Source: Macrostomum lignano
Taxonomy: Eukaryota
DNA length: 64,000 nucleotides
NCBI GenBank assembly: GCA_002269645.1
Contig: NIVC01000566.1
Span: 62,001 to 126,000, forward strand
Direction: 5' to 3'
Made by a program: the position numbers and the translations under genes. Every line of letters begins with the position of its first letter. The stretch's first letter is position 1. The notes beneath the pieces are model-generated. The model was not told where the DNA came from. It made no database searches and was given only the letters and a program-made list of their open reading frames with translations. This document shows positions 36,135 through 49,321 of the stretch, piece by piece.

Positions 36135-37477
36135 TCAGAAAATGGCATGCAGACTGTAGTGGAAGAGCGAACAGCGGTTAAAATACCTTGAAATAAGCTC
36201 AAGTACATCTACGGAAAGTAGAATCGCAGTTTTTGACAGCCATTCCTGCTTCATCTGGTGCCGGGAGAGCGACAGCCGCACTGAGATGTTTGTGTACAGA
36301 GGCATCGCCTGGCGACTGACGATCGTGTACGATTCCTTTCTGAGCGCGTTCAGCCCGTCCTCATAGTGCCTGGCCCGCCAGGCCATAAAGTGCGTGTACC
36401 CGCCCTCGATGCGGACGGCCTTGGGGTGGCGCACCATCTTGTAGCGACCGAGGGTGAGCGGCGGACGGGACACCAGCATGCCGGCCTCCATCGTGCGGGC
36501 GCTGATGTCGTCGTCCTCGTTGCCCCAGCCCCAGTACACGTTGGAGAAGCCGTTGATGCGGAAGAAGTTCTTGCTGCTCATCGCTGCACACGACCGATGG
36601 GAAGAGAACTGGTTTTAATCCCGCTTACTAACAACACGTCAAACGATACATATCGGCATAGCTACTCACCCAGCACAGCGCCGAGGTAGTTGTAGAACAT
36701 CACGTGATACCGCATCTCGTCAATGGCGGATGCCAGGTGCCTGGCGTTCTCATCGCACAGGTACACATTCCGATCGTGCTCGGGAATCATGTCCACATCG
36801 TGGAAGATGAAGCAGTCAAAGCTGGCCAGCTTCAGGGCCTCCACCACGCCAACATTTATCAGCATGCCTCGGTTGAAGGGCTCTGGTCCTGTCTGGGTGA
36901 TGCGGCAGAGAGGATTTTAAAAGCTGCCTCTTTACCTGCTTAACTCACCGCTCACCTGCTGAACTGCTGAACTTACTTCTTAACTCTTAACTTCATTGCT
37001 CACCTGCTCAACCACAAACACAGTGTACTTGATCAGCTGCCTTCTCAGCATCCGATGCAGCCGGTTCAGCAGCAGCCGTAAGTGAAAGTCCCGATTCCTG
37101 AAGGCCACCATTACGGCTACGTGTTGCAGTGGGGTGCAGTTTGATGGAGCCCAGCTTCCGCCAGGACGCAACCTCATTTGTGTCGGAACTTCGGGACCAG
37201 CCAGAGCAGTCTCAAGATGATGCAGCTCTGGTGCATTATGCATATCTATTGGCTGCAGCTGCAGACTGTCCCGCCGCAGGTAACAGCGGCCCGACTTCAG
37301 CCTTGAGTCGTCGGCTGGCCAGTCTTCAATGAAGACGTCCGGCTGCGAGTAGCGGCACCTGCTGCTGTAGTTGAAGAGGGCGAACACCCACAAGCACAGG
37401 TACAGGCACAGCAGCAGGTAGCGGCCCGCGACAGACATGTGCCTGCTGACGCGTATCGGGTACCCGCGGCAGAACAT
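36135..37477 (-). CDS. GT7 beta-1,4-galactosyltransferase-like protein, copy A (~381 aa, 3 exons)
   Basis: Exons 37477-37004, 36892-36670, 36583-36135. Type II TM segment LLLCLYLCLWVFALF, VAFRNR, PFNRGML, DxD motif FHDVD, NGFSNVYWGWGNEDDD, YKMVRH. Confidence 0.9.
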
Positions 37478-38691
37478 GGCGAGGGTAAAGAGCTTCGCTT
37501 GCCTTGCAGCACGACAAGGGCTGAGTTCAGCTTCGTTTTCTGAATGTTTGGATGGGGGGCATTGGCTACACATCAGATCCAGTACACAGGTGCGTACATG
37601 TACTTTACCTTTGTCTGTCAATTTTTGTGCTGCCACAAGGATACAGGATAACTTACTGTTCCTCACCTCTCAGACAGGAGACAAGACGCCAGCTTTGCCT
37701 CCAGACTTTCGCAAAGATAGATTTAGTTATATAGATTCGCTTAGTATTCAACGGATAACTTGTTGAAAAATGGGCAGCAAAAAGTTTGGCATCTCTGCAT
37801 GCTGTCATGCGTACATTAGACTTACCTGCCTTGCACACGGTCAACTCGAATAGAAAATACGATCTCGGTTTTGAAGCGCTATATGGAAAGACGGGGCCGT
37901 TGTTTCTTCTGTTTCTTTTTAAATAAAAATATAGTTTTACAGTTGCAATTGTGAGGCTACGGACCAATAAGAGAGCTCTGTTTCATCAATGGGAGACAGG
38001 CAGTGCATTCTGCTAGACGCTTCTAAACATGCCGAGCCTTGTGTGGGCCGTTGCAAGAAGCAAGCTGACAAAAAGACTCATGCGACAGAAATGTTTTGAA
38101 TCGCGTCAAACCATTGCGAGGCATCGAGCTATCGAACAGATATGTAGAAAGCTTGAAATACTGCTGCTGTGCAGAGAGAACAGAGCAGAATTATTGAAAT
38201 AATTGAAGCATATGCAAAAAGAGGTGCCGCGTGCACCGAACGGGATGATGGTACGAGTAGAATTCAAAATTGGTACCAGAAAGGCTATAAACAACATTTT
38301 CATTTAAAGTTTAATTCGGCTATTTAGAATGACCATATACGCTTGTATAGCTTCTCAAGTTATATTTGGAGTGCAAAATATCACTTAATTGGATATTTAA
38401 AATTTAAGGTTTTTATGACAGCCGGCACTGTGCCAGGTGCCTTCAGTAGGATACTCGTACATGTTAGATGTACGCGTATAAGCGATGGGCTACTTGCGAG
38501 TAAGCATACGTAGAAGCGATTTTGAAGTATTTGATACACAATGCAAAGAGCCATGTATTGTTTGTCTAAAGATTTTTTGTTTCACACGTATAATTGTATA
38601 ATTTTCAATAAAAAAGTTTCTTAATTGAAGCGTTCATTTACAGGCTGAGCAAAGCTGTTTAGGCCTGATATGAACTTTGATATTAACAGTA

Positions 38692-40382
38692 GAACTACCA
38701 AGAGAGGGGGGGAATTTCCACCCCCCTGACAATTTTTTGCTGCACCGGAACGGAGCAACGCAGGCACACGAAATTCGAGAACACGGGCTAGCTTTTTGTT
38801 GCGCACATTCTCAAACAAGAATCAAGTCGCCCCAGCCCTCCGGACCGTCGAGATATTCGACGATTCTGCTAGAAGGTCGGATTTTTCCCATAAGCGCTAT
38901 AGTGTATTCAGTACACCCCTGTGCGCCAATCAGCACTGCGCCTCAGTGCAGCCTTGCCAAGTCTCCAAATTTCATCAGCACGTCAACCACATGTGTCTGC
39001 ATCAGCTCTGACTTCGTTGGTCACTAGCCTTCTCCCAGGCGGAGCTTCTGGACCTTCAACGGGTGGCACGAGGTGACTAGCTCGTATGAACACCCTGATG
39101 CGAATTTCTCTAGTTTCGCCGATCAGGCCTCGACCTCGACAGTGAGAAAGCCTCAACTGCTGGACATCCTCAGCTAGTCTCTCAAGCATTCCATCATCAC
39201 CCCGACGCCATCGGCACTTTCAACAGATTACACCAGGTGATTATGAACATCCTGTTGCAAATATGTTAGATTGTTCTAATCAATCTTCAATAATGGGCAA
39301 ACCTCTACTGGTAGGTATCCTCAACTAGTTTTTCAAGCATCCGGTTGTCATTCTGCCGTCGTCGGCACCTTCAAGGAGACGAAACCGACTATAAACACCC
39401 AAAAGAGATGATTTTTTTATTTTAAACAATTTTAGCAACTTTTAGGACAGAAGACTAGAGATTCAGTATATTATGAATTGATATTCATTCCACACAGAAA
39501 ATTGGATAATTTCTAGTATTTTTTTCTTCGCGAAGATTCTGTTCAATTTACAGTGTAATTAACAAATTACGTCATCACGTTTACTTAATCATGTCTGGTG
39601 ATGATAGACTATTTGAGAGTCTAGTTGAGAACGACCAGAAATGAAAGTTTGTCCATTATTGATGCTGGTGAGCGACATCAAAGAAATTCACAACAGCGTG
39701 TCTATAGTCACCTGGTGTCATCTGTTGAAGGAGCCGACGGCGTCGGGGTGGTGACGGAATGCTCGAGAGACTAGCTGAGGATGTCCAGCAGTTGAGGCTT
39801 TCCCACTGTCGAGGCTTGATCGGCGAAACTATAGAAATTCGCATCAAGGTGTCCATAGTCACCTGCTGTAATCTGTTGAAGGTGCCGACGGCGTCCGGGT
39901 GATGACGGAATGCTCGAGAGACTAGCTGAGGATACCTAGCAGTTGAATTTTGCCCACTGTCGAGGCTTGATCAGCAAAACTCTAGAAATTCGCATCAGGG
40001 TGTTCATAGTCACGTGGTGCCACCTGTTGAAGGTCTAGAAGCTCCGTCTCGGTGAAGGCCAGTGACTAACGAAGCCAGAGCTGATGCAGACACATGTGGT
40101 CGACGTGCTGATAAAATTTGGAGGCTTGGCAAGGCTGCACTGAGGCGCAGTGCTGATTGGCGCACAGGGGTGTACTGAATACACTAGCGCTTATGGGAAA
40201 AATCCGACCTTCTAGCAGAATCGTCGAATATCTCGACGGTCCGGAGGGCTGGCGACTTGATTCTTGTTTGAGAATGTGCGCAACAAAAAGTTAGCCCGTG
40301 TTCTCGAATTCCGTGTGCCTGCGTTGCTCCGTTCCGGCGCAGCAAAAAAATTGTCTGGGGGGATTCCCCCTCTTGGTAGTTC
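38692..40382. mobile_element. Foldback-like element with ~550-bp inverted arms and internal ~152-bp subrepeats
   Basis: 38692-39245 is the reverse complement of ~39850-40382 at high identity; 39700-39850 duplicates 39850-40005; no TSD seen. Confidence 0.75.
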
Positions 40383-40679
40383 GACGGGCGGAAAAGTGGC
40401 TTGGCATTCCTGCTGTTGAATAGACCATCAATTTGAAGAAATAACAAAAATTATCCCTCTGTGTCGATGTGCAGCAGATTCAAAGTTAAGAAAGTACACT
40501 CATAGGCTTAGGAAGGTGTGGACAGTGGGGCCATGCCCCCCACTTTTTAAAATGGGGGGGGCAGTAATGGTATCTGACCCCTCCACATTTTAAATTTAAA
40601 ATGTAGACTTTTTGCTTATTTTTGATTTTTGCTGCTTTGCATGAATGCATTTTGCTGCAGGGCGACAAAACAGCGCCTT

Positions 40680-40860
40680 CAGCGCCAAAATGAGTGCCTG
40701 CGGCGCTAAAATGAGTGCATGCGACGCTAAAATGAGTGCATGCGACGCTAAAATGAGTGCATGCGACGCTAAAATGAGTGCATGCGACGCTAAAATGAGT
40801 GCATGCGACGCTAAAATGAGTGCCTGAATGAGTGCCTGCGGCGCTAAAATGAGTGCTGAC
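40680..40860. repeat. 21-bp minisatellite (gcgacgctaaaatgagtgcat)
   Basis: About 8 copies. Confidence 0.93.
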
Positions 40861-40995
40861 AAGACGGATTCTGAAAATAATCGCTACATGATAATGTGCA
40901 TTTTCCATATATAAAAATCTAACTCGATGGGGGCGTGCGCCCTGCCCTATGCGCCCCCCCCCCTAATCCGCCACTGGACCTGGTGAAGTGACACA

Positions 40996-41061
40996 GTCTA
41001 GCGGTTAGGATTCCTGGCTCTCACCCAGGCGGCCCGGGTTCGACTCCCAGTCAGGGAACCA
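40996..41061 (+). pseudogene. tRNA-Glu(CTC) pseudogene lacking the 5' acceptor strand, with genomic CCA
   Basis: D arm GTCTAGCGGTTAGGAT, anticodon arm CCTGG-CTCTCAC-CCAGG, T arm CCGGG-TTCGACT-CCCAG, 3' strand TCAGGGA-A-CCA. The upstream bases (agtgaca) cannot pair with TCAGGGA. Confidence 0.8.
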
Positions 41062-43059
41062 GTGAAATATTTTAAATAAGATGTTGGTATTATCGTTCTT
41101 CTGGTCCGTCACTTGTATGGCTCTATGTCTACTTCAAATATCAATGTGAGAGCCAAATAACTAGCTGAGGCGGCGGATTCAACTGACTTTTCCTGATGAT
41201 GCAAACACTTGATGGTAACTTACAGACTGTTGTATTTGATGGTCACAATCTGTTATGTTATCTTACAAAGTATAATGTCTAAGATGGAGTTCCAAATAAG
41301 AAGCTCAATTGATTCAAGTTACAATGGGTTCTGGTTGTTTGGGTGAACCGAAGGTTCAGTCTATTGTGGAGCTAAGGAAAAAGGAGGCGAGCTTCTTGCT
41401 TGGTTGACATGGGCTTTTATAGTACTTTTCAGTCTTCATTGGTCGTGTCCTCAGCTTGCTATTTGGAGCGCATTCATTGGTTAAAATACATTCAATCTGG
41501 ATGGGAACTTTTTGGACCAAAATGTGTCACTTCATTGGCCCCCCACTTTTTGAAACTTTCCTACGCCTATGAGTACATTTAAAGTTCGGCCTTTAAATAA
41601 TATTCCATTAAACTCGAATAGTTTACGGCCTTATACAACGGTACCACCACTCCTAGAGGTCCTAGCTCAGACTGCGACGGTTGTGGTAATTAGGTTTAGG
41701 TTGGGTTATTAAGATTGATAGTCAATTTGTGGCAGACAAAAGTCGTGGACCTAGTTCAAAACCAACACTGCGCACACACTGTTCAAGCAGAAATTCAAAC
41801 GTGTGGTAAGCTACCATGCAGAGAAGCTCACAGGCCAGTAGCCGGGTTAAAGAGTCCGACTCGAGGGTTAAAGCAACACAATCAAGCCCCGGAGTGCCGG
41901 CCAACCTCCAAGACAGAGAGTGTGTCGTGAGCTGCGCTTCACAGTGCCCTTGCCCCGACCCTTGCGCTCCACCTCTCCTCTCCCTGCAACTTGATCATTC
42001 TGGTCTGCCTTCCCCCTGTCTTCAGCCACCATTCTTGTTTATCATTTTAGTTTTCTCGTAGTTTTACTTTCATTGGCTGTCTGTCCCCGTTTAGTTTCTC
42101 TTTCGTTTGGGCCAGTCCAATCATGTCCCCGCGGAGGCACCTGATTGGCTAGCCTTCCCCCTCTTTTTTTTCTATCGTCCTTCAACTGAGTTTTGCCCCC
42201 CTCCCCAGCCCTTGTGTGGCTTAGCGGCCCTTAGCCCCAACCCAGCCCCCTGCTCTCTATCCCACCATGTACAGTATCTAGGTGCGTGCACGGCCCACGC
42301 CCGGCTTTCGTGCTAGCCTACTCTCCCCGCTAGCCCTTCAAGTACTTGTGAAAATCATTGAAAGTGATGAAATACGCGCAATCGTTCGTGAGCTCATCGA
42401 GTTAGCCTCTCCCGGTAAGATAGTCTTTACTTCTCATTTATTTCTCATCCTCTTTTAAATTCTTTCCTCCAGTCGCAGTCTTCACTAGAGTCTGCGAAGT
42501 GTCTGCGTGCCTCCAGGCCCGTGTTCACCTCTCTGGTGCTGCTGAGTGGCTACATGATCGCAGCCTCATCAATCATCATTCGCATCTCCCTCGCGAGAGC
42601 TGGACGAATTTCTGTACGCCTCAGGGGTCGCCGCTCTCCTTCCTATCACACTCGGCAAGCTCTGGGCAGTCCAGTACCCGAACCCAAACCACCCGGTCTT
42701 CGGTCTGCACGGACAAAAGCAGAAAATACAACACGTGTACCATGCCTGACAATCGATGAGAAAGTCAGGGCCTCTACACCCTGAGTGAGTGCTTAGGAGT
42801 CAGCGGAATTGTGCCAGACAGTAACTGCGAGACACTTTGCAGGGTGGTTTTCGGATCCAGGCGCATTCGTCAGAAGCATAATGGCTCTGGATGTCGCAAC
42901 TTTCTAAGTCGTCTGGTCATCTCTCCAGTTAAACTGCCTCGTCCGGTCGTCCCTCTGTTTACTGCTTCCCTCTGTCCAGTTCAATCTTTCTTTTCTCTCT
43001 CCCTCTTGCTCACTTCTGATTTGCAATTCAATTTTACCCTCTTTCCTCAGTCGTGCTCT

Positions 43060-43715
43060 TACCCTCATTATCTGCGCCCAACCCCCCTCAGTATCTGCGC
43101 CCAAACCCCCTCATTATCTGCGTCCAACCCCCTCCTTATCTGCGCCCAACCCCCCTCATTATCTGCGCCCAACCCCCTCAGTATCTGCGCCCAACCCCCT
43201 CCTTAACTGCGCCCAACCCCCCTCATTATCTGCGCCCAACCCCCCTCATTATCTGCGCCCAACCCCCCTCCTTAACTGCGCCCAACCCCCCTCATTATCT
43301 GCGCCCAACCCCCCTCATTATCTGCGCCCAACCCCCCTCATTATCTGCGTCCAACCCCCTCCTTATCTGCGCCCAACCCCCCTCAGTATCTGCGTCCAAC
43401 CCCCTCCTTATCTGCGCCCAACCCCCCTCCTTATCTGCGTCCAACCCCCCTCCTTATCTGCGCCCAACCCCCCTCATTATCTGCGTCCAACCCCCCTCCT
43501 TATCTGCGCCCAACCCCCCTCCTTATCTGCGCCCAACCCCCCTCCTTATCTGCGCCCAACCCCCCTCCTTATCTGCGCCCAACCCACCTCCTTATCTGCG
43601 CCCAACCCACCTCCTTATCTGCGCCCAACCCCCTTATCTGCGCCCAACCCCCTCCTTATCTGCGCCCAACCCCCCTCCTTATCTGCGCCCAACCCCCCTC
43701 CTTATCTGCGCCCCC
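43060..43715. repeat. 23-24 bp minisatellite (cccctccttatctgcgcccaacc)
   Basis: About 28 copies. Confidence 0.95.
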
Positions 43716-44264
43716 GATAAGCGATGAACAAAGAAGCGATGTCCAGCAAAGCAAGGTTTTTTAATTCTTTTAACAATTACATAAGCTGAGTAATTTCATA
43801 AAACTGTGAACTAAACATCAATATGACATTGAAGCGTCAAGAAATCATTTATATTTAAACAATTTAATTTATTAATAGTAGTATAGCGCCGACATTGCAG
43901 TAAAATACATAGAAAAAACTACCAATTCAGGGAAGCGAAAAGCCTAAAATAATATTGCGATTTGACGAACTGAGCACCAGGGATAAGTAATCAATAATAT
44001 TACTTACTCGCATTAACTGGAGAGTCAAAGCTGAGCGAAACAAAAAATGGAATATAATTCCGATTGCAATTGGAGCTATAGTACATCAAAGGTAGGTTTA
44101 TATAATAATACTTCAATATGGGCAGCTCTCGGTGGAAGAATTCAGCATTCAGTTTTATGACTATACAGGCTGCGAGTTGCGCTGACTGCGGTTGGTCCGT
44201 TTCGGACTCTCTGGAGTGGATTAAGACAGATTTTATCAGTAATTTAGAGGCGATTCTCAGATGG

Positions 44265-44400
44265 GTCTGATGGGCGATTCACATGTGAGGCTGATGGGCG
44301 ATTCTCAGGTGAGGCTGATGGGCGATTCTCATGTGAGGCTGATGGGCGATTCTCATGTGAGGCTGATGGGCGATTCTCAGGTGGGGCTGATGGGCGACTC
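44265..44400. repeat. 24-bp minisatellite (ggcgattctcaggtgaggctgatg)
   Basis: About 6 copies. Confidence 0.9.
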
Positions 44401-44508
44401 ACCCGCGTGATTGGGGCGCTACGCTCGTAATGCAGTTGCTAAGAGCGAATGCCTCTTGGCTGGACCGCTGCGCCAAAAGCTCAACTCGACAGGGTCAAAA
44501 AGGGCGGC

Positions 44509-45848
44509 CTATGGATAGTAGAATCGCAGAAACCACCATACGGAGTCCGAGTTGGACAGCCACTCGGGCGTTATTCGATGCCGCTGGCGGGACAGCCGCA
44601 CGGAGATGTTTGTGTACAAAGGCATCGCCTGGCGACTCAGCACTGAGTACGAGGCCCTGCTCAGCGCGTTCAGCCCGTCCTCATAGTGCCTGGCCCGCCA
44701 GGCCATGAAGTACTCGTTGCCGCTCTCGATGCGGACGGCCTTGGGGTGGCGCACCATCTTGTAGCGGCCGAGGGTGGGCGGCGGACGGGACACCAGCATG
44801 CCGGCCTCCATCGTGCGGGCGCTGATGTCGTCGTCCTCGTTGCCCCAGCCCCAGTACACGTTGGAGAAGCCGTTGATGCGGAAGAAGTTCTTGCTGCTCA
44901 TCGCTGCACACGACCGATGGGAAGAGAACTGGTTTTAATCCCGCTTACTAACAACACGTCAAACGATACATATCGGCATAGCTACTCACCCAGCACAGCG
45001 CCGAGGTAGTTGTAGAACATCACGTGATACCGCATCTCGTCAATGGCGGATGCCAGGTGCCTGGCGTTCTCATCGCACAGGTACACATTCCGATCGTGCT
45101 CGGGAATCATGTCCACATCGTGGAAGATGAAGCAGTCAAAGCTGGCCAGCTTCAGGGCCTCCACCACGCCAACGTTCATCAGCATGCCTCGGTTGAAGGG
45201 CTCCGGTCCGGTCTGGGTGATGGGGCACAGAGGCTGGGTAGATTTTAGAAGCTGCCTCTATCTGCTTAAGTCTGTTTACGTGCTGAAACACAGTGCTCAA
45301 CTGCCTGCTCACCTGCTCAATTCACAGCTCACTGCTCAACTCACTGCTTAACTGCCTGCTCAACTGCTCAAGTTACTGCTTAACGCATTACTCACCTGCT
45401 CAACCACAAACACAGTGTACTTGATCAGCTGCCTTCTCAGCATCCGATGCAGCCGGTTCAGCAGCAGCCGCAAGTGAAAGTCCCGATTCCTGAAGGCCAC
45501 CATCACGGCTACGTGTTGCAGTGGGGTGCAGTTTGATGGAGCCCAGCTTCCGCCAGGACGCAACCTCATCTGTGCCGGAACTTCGGGACCAGCCAGAGCA
45601 GTCTCTAGATGATGCAGCTCAGGTGCATTATGCATATCTATTGGCTGCAGCTGGAGGCTGTCCCGCCGCAGGTAACAGCGGCCCGACTTCAGCCTTGAGT
45701 CGTCGGCTGGCCAGTCTTCAATGAAGACGTCCGGCTGCGAGTAGCGGCACCTGCTGCTGTAGTTGAAGAGGGCGAACACCCACAGGCACAGGTACAGGCA
45801 CAGCAGCAGGTAGCGGCCCGCGACAGACATGTGCCAGCAGACGCGCAT
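44509..45848 (-). CDS. GT7 beta-1,4-galactosyltransferase-like protein, copy B (~350-356 aa, 3 exons)
   Basis: Exons 45848 (or 45830)-45396, 45212-44990, 44903-44509; same motifs as copy A. Confidence 0.9.
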
Positions 45849-46094
45849 CGGGAAGCGGCGGCCCTGCCAGCGTCTGTTGGTGGGGACAAAATAGAGAGTA
45901 GGGATATCGGGTCTCAGCTGCTTTGCTTGCCGCCTCTTGTAATCAAGTCCTCTATGCATGGCCCAAACTGAATACAGGTGGATGCCGGAGACTTAGCCTA
46001 ATATTCTGCCATGCAAGAGGATTGTAACAGAATTTTGATTCAAGGCCTGCTTAAACTACAGCATAATTCTAGAAATCTCCCAACTTCTGTCCCA

Positions 46095-47825
46095 TTGATG
46101 TGTGTCTCAGTGATCAGTGATGTGTGTCTCAGTGATCAATGATGGGTGTCTCAGTGATCAATGAAGGGTGTCTTAATGATGGGTGTCTCAGCGATCAGTG
46201 ATGTGTGTCTCAGTGATCAATGATGGGTGTCTCAGTGATCAATGAAGGGTGTCTTAATGATGGGTGTCTCAGCGATCAGTGATGTGTGTCTCAGTGATCA
46301 ATGATGGGTGTCTCAGTGATCAATGATGGGTGTCTCAATGATCGGTGTCTCAGTAATCAATGATGGGTGTCTCAGCGATGGGTGCCTCAGCAATGTGTCT
46401 CAGTGATGGGTGTCTCAGTGATCAATGATAGGTGTCTCTGTGATCAATGATGGGTGTCTCTGTGATCAATGATGGGTGTCTCTGTGATCAATGATGGGTG
46501 TCTCTGTGATCAATGATGGGTGTCTCTGTGATCAATGATGGGTGTCTCAATGATAGGTGTCTCTGTGATCAATGATGGGTGTCTCAGTGATGGTGCCTCA
46601 GCGATGTGTGTCTCAGTGATGGGTTTCCAGTGATGGGTGATGTGTGTCTCAGTGATGGGTGTCTCAGTGATAAATGATGTGTGTCTCAGTGATGGGTGTC
46701 TCAGTGATGGGTGTCTCAGTGATGGGTGTCTCAGTGATGGGTTTCCAGTGATTTGTGTCTCAGTGATGTGTCTCAGTGATGGGTGTCTTAATGATGGGTG
46801 TCTCAGTGATGGTGCCTCAGCGATGTGTGTCTCAGTGATGGGTTTCCAGTGATGGGTGATGTGTGTCTCTAGCGATAAATGATGTGTGTCTCAGTGATGT
46901 GTCTCAGTGATGGGTTTCCAGTGATTGGTGTCTCAGTGATTAATGATGGGTGTCTCAATGATGGGTGTCTCAATTATGGGTGTCTCAGTGATGGGTGTCT
47001 TAATGATGGGTGTCTTAATGATGGGTGTCTCAGTGATGGTGCCTCAGCGATGTGTGTCTCAGTGATGGGTTTCCAGTGATGGGTGGCTCAGTGATGGGTT
47101 TCCAGTGATGGGTGTCTCAGTGATGGGTTTCCAGTGATGGGTGTCTCAGTGATTAATGATGGGTGTCTCAATGATGGGTGTCTCAATTATGGGTGTCTCA
47201 GTGATGGGTGTCTCAGTGATCAGTGATGGATGTCTCAGTGATGGGTTTCCAGTGATGGGTGTCTCATTGATGGGTGTCTCAGTGATGGGTGTCTCAGTGA
47301 TCAGTGATGGGTGTCTCAGTGATGGGTGTCTCAGTGATGGTGCCTCAGCGATGTGTGTCTCAGTGATGGGTTTCCAGTGATGGGTGGCTCAGTGATGGGT
47401 TTCCAGTGATGGGTGTCTCAGTGATGGGTTTCCAGTGATGGGTGTCTCAGTGATTAATGATGGGTGTCTCAATTATGGGTGTCTCAGTGATGGGTGTCTC
47501 AGTGATCAGTGATGGATGTCTCAGTGATGGGTTTCCAGTGATGGGTGTCTCAGTGATGGGTGTCTCATTGATGGGTGTCTCAGTGATGGGTGTCTCAGTG
47601 ATCAGTGATGGGTGTCTCAGTGATGGGTGTCTCAGTGATGGGTGTCTCAGTGATGGGTGCCTCGGTGATGTGTCTCAGTGATGGGTGTCTCAGTGATGGG
47701 TGTCTCAGTGATGGGTGCCTCGGTGATGTGTCTCAGTGATGGGTGCCTCAGTGATGGGTGTCTCAGTGATGGGTGCCTCGGTGATGTGTCTCAGTGATGG
47801 GTTTCCAGTGATGGGTGTCTCAGTG
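46095..47825. repeat. 15-bp-based minisatellite (gtgatgggtgtctca) with higher-order blocks
   Basis: Direct reading; a ~300-bp block repeats (about 47030-47330 and 47330-47630). Confidence 0.95.
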
Positions 47826-49321
47826 AGTAGCAGGGTTGTTCATATTTTGCAAAGGTTTAGCTTTTAAATCGTCACCCTTATTTTTACTCCCAATGGCAAG
47901 AAACTCAAGATGAAGTGAATTGAAATTAATTTAGGGTTGACTCCACGCGACGTAAGTTTAAAATGCAAAATGCTGATTAAAACGGTCCCCGAGGCCCTGT
48001 TTTAGTGACAACCTTTTAGTTTTACATTACAGTTGTCATATTTGCTTATTAGAGTAAAAATTCTATTGTCACTGTTGTCTACTGATTACTAATGCATGCA
48101 GTAAGTTATATTTAGCATCATAACTTTAGATGATCTTAATTACAATCACAATGCACTAATATATTCTAATAAAAACAACTATTTGAACTCTCACGAATGG
48201 CGTCATCAAATGTTTAGCTTATCATTATTATTTTTATCATTAGCGATACACTAACGAAATATTACTCAATAATATCCAAGCATAGCCGTCATGGAGCAGA
48301 ATTTAATGCTTGTCACTAAATGGGCCGTTTTTTAACACAATTTTGCATGTTAAAATTATGTTGCATTGAGCGACCTGATGTGAAATCTCAGAGAGACAAA
48401 TTCTAACCTGCAGAAACTGTCAATTTGCTGGAAGTTGCTATGAGAATTTATTTTAACCACCTCACAACAACTGATTCATCCCAGTTGAATACGCTCGTAA
48501 AGGAGCTAGGGAAGCCCGAACAAAAATGACAGGTCAACAACAAACACCGAACGCACATTTCATAGCAGTCCGGTTATAAATAGAGTAGTATAATGTGTAC
48601 TTTTTCACAATTGTAAAAGACAGAAGCCAGTGTTGACTAGCTGATACATTTTGAGAGATTCAAGAAGTAAACTAATAATAATTAAGTAAATACGAGCTAT
48701 TATTAATCAATAATTGTAACAGGGTTTGAGATCGCGGCGAATTCCATAGTCGCATTATATTGCTGAAAAAATCATGAAATCGAAAACGTAAAGACTGAAT
48801 TGCACAATGATTTTTTGCATCTAATTATAAAGATATTTTGAGTAGAATTTGGATCACAGAAATGCAAACCAACCGAAGCAAGGGAACTCGAATTGCACAG
48901 CAAACAACTCTGCTTTCAGTATTAAACAGAAGGCTTAAACTGATGGTCAGAATGAAATTTTCCATAGAAAACAAATCTGTAAATACAAATCCAGGCTGAA
49001 AACGCGAAACTGACTACTCATACCGACAATTTGGATATGAAAAAGTAAATATGCACACCCAATGACCTTGCTGGTAAAAATATGCTAAAATAAATAATAA
49101 TAATTGACTACACCTGCCCTAATGGCCAGATGTGCAAACGACAGCTCAGCCGCAGCTATTGCGCGGCGCATCTGAAGGCTGCGTCCAGCTGTTCAGTCCA
49201 AGGACTGGGGGTCGCTACACAGCCTCAATTACCCCAGCTAATGCTGGCACCCATTTTACTGCTGGGTGAACTGAAGCAATGCAGAGTTAAGTGTCAGGCT
49301 CAAGGACACAAATTGTTCTAG

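Larger units (their letters stand above)
40499..41573. mobile_element. Non-autonomous TIR element (CTCATAGGC(T/G)TAGGA...), 1,075 bp
   Basis: Short TIRs with one mismatch, TACA repeated on both flanks (40495-40498, 41574-41577), G/C-run subterminal motifs. Confidence 0.5.

Noticed and set aside
40987-41061. Functional tRNA-Glu gene
   Set aside because: The acceptor stem cannot form and there is no T-run terminator directly after; called a pseudogene.
41640-43050. Possible LTR or LINE fragment
   Set aside because: No TG...CA paired repeat, primer-binding site or reverse transcriptase motif could be identified by eye.
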